DNA of 64,000 bases from Guillardia theta CCMP2712 (lineage: Eukaryota; Protista; Cryptophyta): assembly GCF_000315625.1 (NCBI RefSeq), contig NW_005434636.1:514424-578423 (forward strand), read 5' to 3'. Each line of letters starts with the position of its first letter. Position 1 is the stretch's first letter. The notes beneath the pieces were generated by a model. It searched no databases and was not told the origin of the DNA. It saw only the letters and a list, made by a program, of their open reading frames with translations. Of the stretch, positions 39,254-51,810 are shown one piece after another. Made by a program: the position numbers and the translations under genes.

Positions 39254-39400
39254 TGGGCTTGTGTCGTGATTCTTCAACCAGGTCTCGATGGCCTCGCGCT
39301 CGTACGTCTTTCCGTCGGAGGTGCACACAGGGTCTCGCATGATCTCGTTGGTGACGGGGCAGAAGAAGGCTGGCAGAGCCTTGCCGTTGTTCGCCATCAT
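39254..39400 (-). pseudogene. N-terminal half of the U-box domain of the disrupted gene
   Basis: MMANNGKALPAFFCPVTNEIMRDPVCTSDGKTYEREAIETWLKNHDTSP is a canonical U-box start. Confidence 0.9.
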
Positions 39401-39853
39401 CGGACGTTTCGAAGCTAGCACCGCCTCTCTCTTCCCGTTCCCTTTCCTGTACCACTTCCATTATCCCTACTGGGATCGTTACGGCTACTCATTGCCGCTA
39501 TGATGGTTTGCTGAGAAAAGGCTTGGAAAATGATGGTAGAGAGAGAGCCTTCGTGTCGCGGTACAAAGTGAGCAGTCGATAACGAGCAATGTAGCTGGTG
39601 CCATACGTTTTGAAGGTTGCTCCTTCTCCCCGAGTGAGATGAAGGGAGGGTTCATATTTCTGTTGTAACATTCGATGATATTCAACCCAAAGTTCCGTCA
39701 CTAAGTTTCTCTCTAGTTCTCCGGGTTGTGATTTCGCATTGAGGTCCGTTTCAGGATTGAAACAGGTGGCAAGTTGAAGATCATCAAGTTTTAGGTACAC
39801 GCTAACTGTCCCAACTAAGAGATTTTAAAATGTAGATGGCGCAAGCGTCCTTT

Positions 39854-42800
39854 TCATGAATCTGCGGTGGCAGCACGGAGCACTTTGAGCAGACCTGGAG
39901 GTGCGGAAAGGGTCATGAATGTTCCATGGTAGCTTCCGATGCTACTGAGTAGCCAGGAAGTCCCAGTCTCGGCAATCGCTGCAGTGGAAGTTGGCCAGAT
40001 GCCTCGCCCCGGCCCGAATCGTCTGCGAGATCGTCTGCTCCATTCACGTCGCTGTGCTCCGCTTGCCCTCCCGTTCCTCCCCTTGACCAACGTATCTTCA
40101 AGTCTAGAGCCTCCGATTCCCTTGAGGCTTCGGGAGCCGCCTCCAGCTCCTGGGCCTCGACCGCTGTCCGTCATTACTGATCCTCCTCCTAACAAGCCCG
40201 GTTCTCAACTGTCCACACGAGAGATAGTCGCCGTGGGAGGGATGTAGAGCTGGTTGTTGACCTTGGAGGTGAGATATTGGTTCCTGCGGCAGCTCGTCAA
40301 CGCTGGGGAACGAGGAGGAGGCGAGGAGGACGCACAGCAGCATCTTGAGCTCCTTGTTCTGCTGCACGAGCGTGTTGACCTCCTCGATCAGGTTGGCTCT
40401 CTCCTGCGCCAGAGGTCACTCATGATCAGGCTAGGAGGAGGGTCACCTGGAGAATGACGTTGTACTGCTTCTGAAACCGCTCGAGCTGCTTCCACACCAC
40501 GATCGTGTCGGGGGAGATCACCTGCCCCCTCGTCATACGTCGCTTCTCCTACCCGCCATCAGATGCGACCTTTTTGCACAGCTCCCACACGCTCTTGTGC
40601 TCTCCTGCAGGCAGGTGGTTGGACGAGAAGCCCGTCCTGGTCTCGCGGGGTTTCTCTCCCAGTTGCCGCTCGCTGTCTCTTTCTTCGAGATGCTTGCTGC
40701 TGTCTCCTGAGACCTCCTCGAGCGCTCCTCCTCCCTTCTGCGTGCGCAGGCCGAAGGTGGAGTGGGTCCCCGTCAGCTCCATCTTGAGCTCCCCTCGGTA
40801 GTGGACGAAACGCTTGAGCGCGTCGATGACTTGATCGTCGCTGATGAGGTCAACCTCGTGGCTCGAGGCAGGAGAGGTATTCCTGTGCGACTCTGACCCG
40901 CCCTCGTCGCTGTCCAAGCGGAAGAAGGAGAGCAGGAGCTGGACGTCCTCGACCTTTGAGATTCCAAGGGCCTTCAAGACAGTCTGCAACTTCAGCGTGA
41001 GGAGGATGGAAAGGATGAGCAAAGGGCCGCACTTTGATCTGGTAGAGCTTTCCTTTGTCTCTCTGCAGCTTTTTCAGCATGTCCTTGACCTGCAAGTCAA
41101 GTAGGAAGCCTGTCTTGTCGCAGATCATCTGGCACATGTCCTCGATGGCCTGAGAGCAGGAGACTCAGACAAGTTCAAAAGTAGCGTCAAGGCAACCGGC
41201 GACTCGAGCAACTGAGACTTGAGAACAGTATCCCATGACATGTCCTCAGACTGGTTGAAGCCGTCTCTCCCAGCCTCCTTCCTCATCCTCGTCATCACTT
41301 TCTCAAACTCCTTGAACATCGAAACGTCATCGGAGACCAAGACAGGACCGCACATCTTCTCACCCTTTCACGGAACTTGGTGAACACTCGGTTCAGCTCT
41401 TCTTCGTTCGGCGGAAACCACAGGAGGCCGAGCTGCTGTTCATGGATGATCTGCACCAAGAATACAGAAAGTGAGGAAGAGAACGAGCAAAGAGAAGCAC
41501 AAACTTTATCAGCCTGCAAGCTCTTCAGCAACTTAGCTTTGATCATCTGCTCATGCATATTCCAGACATCAAAGTAGCGTTTGGAATCTGATTTCTGGAA
41601 GTGAAACAACTTTTCTTTGAGGTCCATGAAGAATTGGGTGTATCTTTGGTACGATTCTGAGAGCTCGTTGTTCTCTGCCTTGTACTTGTTATCAAGAGTA
41701 GTGTATTTCGCCATCAGGTTCGAAAGGTTGTCTTGTAGCCTTGCAAGCTTGCGCTTGTTTGCGTTGATCGTGTTCTGGTTCTCTTCGTTCCGCTCGTGGA
41801 GGACCCTGAAGTTGTACTCGAGCTTCTCAGTGTTGAGCTGGTAAGTCGCCCTCATGTCCTCCAGCTGCTGCTCCAAGTTCTGAACTTCTGTCTCCAGCCG
41901 CACCTTGAGAGTATGAAAATCTTCTGTGTCGTGTCGATGAACGATCTGTGAACAAAACTCAAAGAGTCGTCAAGACAAGATGACTGTCTCGAACCACAAG
42001 CTTCTCTTGATTGAGATCCACACGCTTCTCTCTTTCCCCTTTCTGACGGAGCCTTGCACCAGGTTGTCAAAGGCATCACTGACTGGAAGAATTTTCTTAC
42101 TGTTGCTGCAAACTCTTGTCAAAGAGCTTGTCCCACTCTTTCCTGCACTGTTCGATCAACTCTTTCCTCTCCGCCTCGAAATTGCTTTCTAGGCTGAGCA
42201 GCTCTTGTTCGTAGAGCATTTGTTGTCGGGATGCATTTCTTGCCATGGAGTCCTGGAGGTTGTCGAGGTCTTGCACCCCTTGACGCAAAGCTTTCACATA
42301 CTGCTCATCTTTGTTCTTCAGTTCTACTTGAACTGTTGCAGAGTCAGTTTCGACAGATGATGAGGTCAAGAAAGGTGGAACGCATGACAGTCGGGTCAAC
42401 AGCTGCTGACATACACGGCCAACAGAGAGAAAGCGATGGGACATCTTCGTATGACCAAGATCAAGGGGTCTTGCACTTACAATCGCGAATCAGGTTGTCC
42501 TTGGCCTCGATGATTCGCCAGCAAGCTGTCTGTTGTGCTTCCATGTCATGGTGCAAGTCCATCGGAACGTCGATCTCAAAGAGAGAAGACCACTTCATAG
42601 CAACTGTTGGCACTCAAGAGTGAGGTAGTGTCACCATATCATCGCTTACTTACTTGCTGCATTCCGCCTTGCGCTGCTTTCTGCCTCAAAGAGAAGCTTG
42701 TGCCTTCTGTCAACTCTCAACGCTTCTTCGTTCGTCCTTCTTTGCGCTTCTCTATCATCAGCTTGTACTCTGATGTCCGTGACTTCTTCATCCCTCTGAC

Positions 42801-43023
42801 TTGCAAACTTGGAAAGCCTCGCCCTCGCTTTCTTTACTTCGCTCAGCCCCTTTTGTGGTAGCAGCGCATCGGCTTCCTGCTTCCGCTTGAGCTCAGCCTG
42901 GGCCTGCAGGTCTATCCCTGTCTTCTGCGCTGCGATCTTCTCGGCGATCCTCTCTCGTCGGGCTCGGATTCGCTCCTCCCTCTCCTTCTCCAGCATCGCC
43001 TTCGACGGTCCCTCGCCCTCCAT
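39854..43023 (-). CDS. DRC1: Dynein regulatory complex subunit 1 (CCDC164), multi-exon
   Basis: REERIRARRERI, ELKNKDEQYVKAL, LETEVQNLEQQLEDMRATYQLNTEKLEYNFRVL, ADK-IIHEQQLGLLW, ICDKTGFLLD and QQNKELKMLL; exact 3' end uncertain. Confidence 0.9.
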
Positions 43024-43556
43024 GTTCCAACGCCAGTCAAACTACCCACCCTCAAACCCACCCTCGTTCCTCTCATATGACCCCCTCCCCGGCATCTCAA
43101 CTGCAATAATTCACTGTTGGTCAGAGCTTCAGTCACTGCCGACTCGGAGTCACCGGACCGGGCCGCCCCGGCCCAGTGCCGGTGGTACTACCGCGCAGTT
43201 AAGTGAAGGTATCAGTTAAGTCGACTAGACTGACTCCGAGTTTTGCTGCCTCATCCCTCCTCTGACCCAGGGGGCTTCAACGGCCCTACATTCAGAGCTT
43301 CTATGCCGCTGTCTGGGTTAGCATGGCGTCGCATCGCAGTGACCGGGGGGGCATGGCGGGTAATGTTGAGAGCTCGTCGATGAAAGTTGCGCAGAAGAAG
43401 ATTGCTGCTGTAGTTTGATAGCCTCAGCTGGGTTGTCCTCTCCCGGCTCAGCTTGCTCTTCCTATCGTCCTTCTCAGGCTCTGCCGTTTGCTGGGGCATG
43501 CTGGCAAGGTCGCTGGCTTACAGTAGCAGTCAAGTCATGCAAGGAAGACGAAGATA

Positions 43557-46500
43557 ATGGGGCTGAGAGAATCGGAGAACATCCGCGTCATCGTGCGGGT
43601 TCGACCGCTTGATGAAAGAGAGCTGAGAAGAGGTGAAGACGAGAACATCTCTTGCGTGAGGGCAAACACGGTCCAGGTCAGCTTGTGGGAGCAGGAGAGT
43701 GGCTGGCTAACTTGTTCACGACGCAGGTTGCCGAGCAGAACGGGAAGGGGAAGGGACAAAAGTCAGTGGCGTACCAGTTTGATAGATGCTTCGGACCCGA
43801 ATGCACACAAGAGTTGCTGTTCGAAGAGTGTGGGGTGCTTCCGTTGCTCGATCACGTGCTCGAGGGATATTCATCGACCATCTTCGCGTAATCTTCTCTT
43901 TTTTGTCCAATCTGTTCTGTTCTGCTCTATTTTGATCTTCTCCCTACTCCCTTCTCTTCTGTTTCTGTTTCTGTTTCTGTTTCTGTTTCTCTTCTCCTCT
44001 CTTCTCTTCTCCTCTCTTGTCTTCCCTTCTCTGCTCTGCTCTGCTCTGCTCTGCTCTGCTCTGCTCTGCTCTGCTCTGCTCTCCTCTCCTCTTTGCTTCT
44101 CTCCGAGAATCACATCCTTGCATTCAACTCATTTTCATTGCCAGTTATGGGCCGACGGGCTCCGGCAAGACGTACACCATCACAGGTAGGGGAGGGAGAG
44201 GGGCTGCAGTGGTTGAGGTGAGGTACAGGTAGCGTTGACCGGATCCTCCGAAACGGCAGCGGAGATGTGTCCGACGGGATCGTTATCCGCAGCGTCGAGG
44301 CGCTGTTCTCCAAGGTAGCCTCCCGCTCTCCCTTGACCTCCTCGATGACGTCATCATTGCAGATCCGCTCGTTGCAGAGAGACGGGTTACAGTTCAAGGC
44401 ACTTCCCCTGCCTCCCCCCCCTGTTGTTCTCACCCTCGCCTCTAGATCCGCGCGAGCTGTGTGGAGATATACAACGAGTCAGTCCTCGACTTGTTCAAGT
44501 ATCGTAAAGGGTAGCGATGAGCGTCGGCGACTGAAAGGCTCTTGATGCTTGTCACAGATCAAGGGACAAGCAGCACCTGCCGGTGAAGTTCGACACCATG
44601 AGAGGATGCTTCTTCGTGCAAGACCTCTCGTACGGGAAGTGCGCGTCCGAGGAGGTGAGGGGAGGGAGGACGATGCTGCCTAGTGAGACCAAGGCAGGAA
44701 ATTCTCAAGCTCTACATGAAAGCTCTCAAGAACAGAAGCGTCGCAGGGCATGAGCTCAATCGAGACTCGTCTCGCAGCCATGCCCTCCTCACGCTCTACG
44801 TCGACTCCATGGAGAAGCAGGAGGACGGGATAGTGACGAGGCACGGCAAGATCTCCTTTGTCGACCTGGTAGCCTGGAGCTGCGCTTCCAGCTCTCCCCC
44901 GCCTCATCCAGCTGTTCTTGGCAGGCTGGGAGCGAGCGACTGGAGTATTCAAAGTCGGAGGGATCGACGTTGAAGGAGACGGGAGCAATCAACAAGTCCA
45001 TCTTCACCCTCGGGAAAGTGATCTCCTCCCTCTGCGACCGCAAGCGGACCAAGGTGACGTCGAGACTCGACGGCAGCGCCGCCTGACCGTGCGGCAGGTT
45101 CCTTATCGGGACTCGAAGCTGACGCAGCTGCTGATGGACAGCCTTGGAGGGACGAGCCTGACGGTCTGCCGTGAAGCCGCTGATCCTCATCGCGATGACT
45201 CGCCCGGCAGATCATGCTGGCATGCATCTCACCCTCCAACACCAACCTGAGCGAAAGCGTCCGAACTCTAGAGTATGCGAGCCGAGCTAAGAACATCAAG
45301 AACAAGCCTGGTCCTGCTCGGGTTGCGATGACGTGCACCGGTCGACTGACGATGAGACAGTCGTTCTCTTGGATCAGCAGCAGAGCATGGTCAAGGAGTT
45401 ACAGAAAGAGATCGAAGCGCTGCGGGCGGAGAATCGAGCCCTGAAGCAAGCTCTGCTCAGCAAGTCGAACGGGGATGTGAGCGTGCTCAGGTTCTGCCCC
45501 TTAGACCCTGCGAGTCAATCTCACGGTCCTGCACAGGGAGGGAACGTCTATGAGTGCTCCCGAGCATGAGAAGGAGGTCTCGGCGCATGGCTCGGGGAGC
45601 AGCAGGAGCATGCGAGTCTTGTCGAACCTCTTGAGCTCGCTAGTGACTGCGCGCAGGCGTCACTCCATGACCGACTTCCCCGAGATTGACTTGCACCGGC
45701 ATGGTGGCCCGCACGCTCTCCTTGCGGCTCATCCCTTCCCCTACAGGTCTGAGAGCGTGATTTCGTTTCCGAGCCCCAAGCGCAAGCAGTTCCTTGCGAG
45801 CCCCAAGGTGAAGAGAGTTGAAGCTCGCGAAGAATGACGAGGCGAGCAGGCAGCACAGGAGGCTCATCCCATCTCATTCAACTCCTCCAAGACTGTCCGT
45901 CGCATCTGCATGCTCGCTCGCGCTGAGCTCTTGATCAGGCCCGCCACGAGGATAGCTGGATGCCTTCCATCCACAAGGAGAGCCTCCCTACCACTGACCA
46001 CCTCTCCTCCCGAGAGGACAAGTACGCCCGCGAACGCGCCATCATGAAGGACCTCGACGACATGGCCAAGTTCTCCTACTTCGACGACCGCACCCCCAAG
46101 TACGGCAGCAAGGTGCGTCATCGCCACCGGCTGCCGCAAGCAAGCTGACGTCAGTCGGAAAGCGGCGTGACAGCAGCGAGGGAGGAGCGTACGGCCTGAG
46201 GTCGCAAGCAGATTCATCCCGCGGGACGAAGGATGTGCATCAAAGAAGGGTGCTGCAGGTCGGGAGGGGCAAGAAGAGCACGAGGGTGAGAGGAGGCCGA
46301 GGAAGAGAGCAGGAGCGGAGGGCTAACGACTTGAGTCGCCAGTTTGAGAAGGAAAGCAGCAGAGCTCGACGCCCTCTGGAGTTTGAGAGTGAGAGAAACA
46401 TCTCGAGAACATCCGCAGCTGATGCCCAGCAGGAGAGGGCCTCAGCAGACTGGAGGACGCGGGCAAGCTGAACTACTTCAGTGACGATGTGATGCTCGCC

Positions 46501-47757
46501 CGACTCGAGAGGCTTCTCACTCCCTGCAGATGAAACCCTCCCGCTCCTCCAGCGTCGCCAGCACCCCAGGCTTCTCCCGCTCCTCGTCCACTGTAGACTC
46601 GCGACCGACCTCAGACCTGCTCCATCAGCATCTCTTCCCTCGCTCTGTGCCGCATGCCCAGCCGGCGGCAGGAGACGAAGCCCCAAGCTGGTTCAGTGAG
46701 AGCAGGAGGTTCTCCAACAGCTCGATGAGCTCAGAGCGAGGAGCCGCTACCTCGTTCGAGCCTGCGAGCCCCAAGTCTGTCATGACTGGACACGCGTCCG
46801 CTCTCAGGTTGTCCCCCAAGGTGACGCTGCCATCTGCCGAGCAAGACTCGTCGCCCAAGTCCATCAGGAGCCAAGTGAACTGGACCCGGTCAGTCTCGCT
46901 CGCGCCATGCTCGCTCTGACCTCGTCCCTCCAGGCCTCAGTCGCCCGACAGAGAGCAGAGGTGAGAGTGAGACGCGAGAGATGGTCGTAGTCAGAGGCTC
47001 TTCAGGTTGTTGGACGAGGCCCTGGATGAAGTCTTGTCGCATGCTCGCGGAGCTTCTCGCCACCCCCCAGCTCCTCAGCCGGAGCCGCAGACTCGCAGCC
47101 ACGGGCAAGCAGAGGAATGGATCAAGCTTCTGAACCCCCTCGCAGCGCTTGACTTTGACAAGGGCAGCAGCAGCTGGGAGACAGAGCTGAACCAGATGAT
47201 GCAAACGATCAGCACAAGGGACAGCTCCTCCTCGCTCAGCCACCTCCCGGCTGCTCCTGCCGATCGAGTCAGGTAAGCCCCAAGACGTCAACCGCAGCAG
47301 GTTGACATGTGGGCTAGGCCGCTGTCAGGAAAGAAACCTCCGCTTGTGCCGAGACAGGAGCCTCCCGTGGAGTCTTCAATATCAGAAGCTTCCAGGACGT
47401 TCGATCAGTACAGGGAACGAGCTCGTCGGCTCGAGGACGTCAGCAGCAGGCATGCTCATGCTGCCGGCAAGAGCTACGCGCCCCCTGAGAGGATCAGAGA
47501 GAGTCTGAGGAACGAGAGTGACAGAGGGGAGGTGACGTGGACGTCGAGAAGGTGCGAGAGGTTGACCATGTCTGACGCTGATGCCTCGACTAGCAGCGAT
47601 GAGAACTCCACCTTCGACGCTCTGATGCGAAACCTCGAGCAAAGCCGTGCCAAGGTTAGCTTCTCCTTACTCCTCCTTGCCTGACCTCAAACAGGCCCAG
47701 CAAGCTCGAAAGAGCATCTTGGAGAAGAAGGCGCAGTGGGAGAACAAGATCGTGTGA
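43557..47757 (+). CDS. Kinesin, kinesin-16/KIF12-like, many small exons
   Basis: IRVIVRVRPL, YGPTGSGKT, EIYNE, NRDSSRSH, FVDL-AGSER, VPYRDSKLTQLL and TLEYASRAKNIKN, then a coiled coil and low-complexity tail; subfamily and tail exons are tentative. Confidence 0.85.
43958..44090. repeat. Intronic microsatellites (ctgttt)n and (ctgct)n
   Basis: Read directly in a kinesin intron. Confidence 0.9.
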
Positions 47758-48055
47758 ATTAGCTTGAGGGAGCAGACATCGGTGATCCAGGAGGCGTCTG
47801 AATGTACGTTTGTGTGTACAGTAGAGCTTGTACAAGTGAAGCATCAAAACACGTGCCGTCTCGTCGCTCATGACATGGAGGGGGGGGAGGCTGCACGTGC
47901 AGCAAAGGAGTCTGAGGGCTGGAAAATGCCAACAGACCTCCGAGCGGGTCACACGTGAAGTGAAGCCCCAGGGACCAGCATCCACCTCTCACGCACGTTC
48001 AAAACTCCCAACCCCCACCCTCCTACGTGCTGCTGGTCCGCACCTAGCGATCCCT

Positions 48056-50049
48056 TCACAGGTCAGTCTTGGTCAGGTCCTTGATCCCTCCTCGCTCGGC
48101 CAAAGCACGGACGGCAAGGGATGCATGCAGCGCAGCGCCTGAGGTCAAGGAGGAGTGAGTTGCAGGTTATAGAGGAGGACGAGGACGGACCGAGAGGAAG
48201 AGCACTCTCATCGACCTTGAAGTTGGGGCTGCTGATGGGATCAGAAACACTGGGATGTCTGTCGCCAGCCCTGACCTATGCAATCCTGCTGTCGTGCGCT
48301 TGGTCTCGTTGCCAATGCCGATGTAGATGAACGCGGACGGAATCCTGAGGAAGAGGAGCATTTCAGATCAGGCCAGGAGGAAGGCAAAAGTGTACTTCTC
48401 CGCAAAGTATGCGAAGTCTTCGCCTCCCATGGTTGCCTTCGCCTCCAGCACTCGGTCTTGCTCTACCACAGTCTTGGCCACGTCCTGTGGGTGGGTATCA
48501 GGATGCGGGTACAGCATCTCCATGCAGACCCGAGCAAGCTCGACAGCTCCCTCGTCGTTGACGACCTGCAGCAGCATAAGCCACTGCCAGGTGACGTCGA
48601 AGTCACCGGGGGATAAGTGCAGCCCGAGGCAAATGCGGCCGGCAGTCTGGGGAGAGAAGGAGATGAGGGACGAGACGAGACGAGATGAAAGAGTGAAAGG
48701 AAGTCAAGGAGGGAGAGCGGAGAAGAAGAGAGAAGAGAATAGATAAAACGAGAAGAGACAGGCATATTAGAGTGATAGGAGAAGAAGAGAGGATGTCAGA
48801 CCCCTTGGTTGTCAAACAATCATCGGCGAAGCTTGTGAAGTGCAATGTTACACTACAGCCTGTCAAAAGATTGTCACCTTTTCGATGCTGAACAAGAATT
48901 CTACCATGAGCTTTTGCAGTGAGCTCGATGATTTCCTTGGCTCGTCTCTCAATCAGATTATACACATCACGAGAAAATGCACTGTTGCCAAGAACGAAAA
49001 CAAATGTAACACATGCAGAAAATTCAAGAATATCAAAATCACCGAAGAGTCCCACCGATCACGACTTCATTTGGAATGACGTTATACGCGTCTCCTCCAT
49101 TTATCTTCGTCACTGACACAATCGCTTGCTCGTTTGGGTGCACTTCGCGAGACACGATGCTCTAAAGGCTTGTCAGTTCTGGTGCCCTCCCTCAACGAGA
49201 TTAACCTGAAGCTGTGTCACGATTGCAGCCGAAGCAACGACGGGATCCACGACATCAACGCCGATGCCAGCAGCCGCATGTCCTCCTTTACCTCTCACTG
49301 CAACCTCAAACGTCCCGGCTGCTGCAAACATCCGTCCTTCCTTCATCGCAAAAGTCCCTGAGGGAATCCAAGGCCAGAGGTGCATGCCAAACATCATCGC
49401 AACGGGATGAGGCTTCTCCAGCACTCCATCCAGAGCCATCGCAAGCCCTCCAGCTCCTCCCTCTTCTGCTGGTTGAAACACAAGCTTGACTGTTCCTACC
49501 AACAAACTTTCCCGCTCCTTCAACAGCTTGGCTGCAGCTAAAAGCATGGACATGTGCCCATCGTGCCCGCAAGCGTGCATTCTTCCTGCGGTGAGCGAGG
49601 CAAAGCCACGCGTATCTTCATCGGGATTCTCATGCACGGGTAAGGCGTCCATGTCTGATCTCAGAGCAACGACAGGTGCAAGCCCGCTTCCAACCTGCCC
49701 CACGATCCCAGACTTACCGACAGGAAACTCGTAAGGGATTCCTGCATCATCCTCGTCAGCAACCATGACCTGGCAGAAGAAGAACGTGACCGATCTCATC
49801 TAGTAGTCGCTTCACGATGGTCGTCGTGACGTTGAGGTCGTACATGAGCTCGGGATGCTGATGTAGCTCCCGCCTCACCTTCACAACCCACTCGCTCATC
49901 TCCTGCGCTGCCTTCAGTAGGTCGACACCTGCAAGACCAGCTCTCTCCAGTGTTCGCATGCTTTCGGTCTTGCCATGGGCTCCTGACAACGAGGCAGCAG
50001 CACACGCTGCCAGGAAGCCAACCACCAAGAGCGCTCGCGTCCCTGCCAT
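48056..50049 (-). CDS. IAA-amino acid hydrolase ILR1-like M20D amidohydrolase with signal peptide
   Basis: VRRELHQHPEL, VALRSDMDALP, MHACGHDGH, FQPAEEGGAG, GKGGHAA, MGGEDFAYF, GLH-SPNFKVDESALPLG-AALHASLA; ends TKTDL*. Confidence 0.9.
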
Positions 50050-51200
50050 GCCAGTCCCTTGCACTGCCCCTTTCACGTAAAAAGAACCAAACAAACCCGC
50101 CCCAGAGACAGGACGAACAGATTCGTTCGCTATCTCCAGGCAACGCCGAGCCTATGCTAGTACCCTGACTCAGAGCAGTAGTGCACTACTGCCTGGCAGT
50201 AGTGACTCAAGACTGGCCCGGCCCGATAGCCCGGCCGGCTGAGCCATCCGTCCGTCCGAGCCGAAGGGACGCGGTCTTGAGGCCTCTGAGGGCTGGTCAA
50301 ATCGCATCTGCTGCCTTCAAGTGTTACTTAATTATACAATATTACTATAAGGTACATTACTACCAAGAACTCTTGCTTGGTACAGATAATTGTTACTAAA
50401 ACTGTATTTTTCCAATTAAACAATCATCGTTTCTAAAAGCAGAGTCGACTCGGAGTCTCGGAGCCCGAGGGTTGTAATTCTGAAGAATGACAGGAAACGT
50501 TGTGTTTTTATGGTCATACCGATGATCAACGATTCCGAAAGTAGGTCTTTCCAAGTTCTTCGCCCTCCTGTTGTAAAGAAGCAGCTGGTTGGAGTTTCTG
50601 GATTGACACAGGGTACTGCCCACCCCTTCTTAAAGAGTGCAATACAGGGGTAACCGAGTAAAGCCTGTTGACTCCTCACACACAAGGGGTAGGGTCTGTG
50701 ATGAGTATGCCGCGCGACAACCCTTCACCCGTAGCTTCCGACACTACCCCACCAACAACTACCGATACCCACCCCGTGCATCGTATCCAACTTTTTGTTA
50801 CCAAGGACGTACTCGTACCCCCGTTACTAATAAAAGGTACCCCTCTTTGTCTCCGACTTTTAGACCTGTGAATTCGGTATGACAATAGTACCCCTGCAAA
50901 ACAGTCGCTCCCCTTGGTCTTTACTGCGTACATTTTACCACCCCTTCATTAACCCTTATCCCTCCCGGTAGTAGGGCCTAATGGTAGTACACTGCTGATT
51001 GTTTCCTTCCCACTTGTTCCTCGCACTGTGATTAGCCCATACCCCGCAACATACTTCCTTCTGACCGTCACTTTCCCTTCTCATCAGCTGTTACCTTCCT
51101 CTCCGTACCGTTTCCAAGAACTTTCTCAAGAAGCTTTGATTGTTTTGCAGAGAACTCCAGCCATTTCTGATAGCTCTCGAAATCATTGAATACTTGTTCG

Positions 51201-51810
51201 ATGGAAGATACTACACTTTGCTCATCGAGGCATGACGACATCAAGAAGGTGGAGCCTTTGAATAATTCAGAAAAGGTTGCACGGATCGTACCAAGGCGAA
51301 AGCATGGAAAGTCAGTACATCCTCTGAAGCGGACTGCTGTTACACTAACACGTCAAGACATCATCTCTTTATTTCATTTGAGGCAAGGAGATGCTGCTGG
51401 ATATCTGGTATGGTCTGAGAAAAAAATCGAAGCAAGTTTTCTGATGCGTTGTTTATTTGTTTCAGGGCATTTCTTTGACGGCACTGAAAACTGCTTGCCG
51501 GCAGCTCGGGTTGCAGAAATGGCCGTCTGGAAAATGGCTACCATCAGACTTCGATGAACAAGTCGTATCATCCAATTCTCCAACAGAGAGAACAGTAGAT
51601 ACTTCTGCTAATGATCACGAATGCCCATCTACTGCAGGTCTGTCGCGACCTACAGCAAGCAATTTTGGCAACGTTTTTGAGGAGAAGAACAGCACTTGGT
51701 CGTCTGGCGAACGTAAAGTGTTTGGACTTTCTACCGCTTTGTTACTCGACGAGGCTTTGTGCCACGTACAATCTAGCTTTCCCATCCAAGCTAAGTCTGC
51801 TCTTTCATGA
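51201..51810 (+). CDS. RWP-RK domain transcription factor, 2 exons
   Basis: VTLTRQDIISLFHLRQGDAAGYL-GISLTALKTACRQLGLQKWP across an intron at about 51408-51465. Confidence 0.85.
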
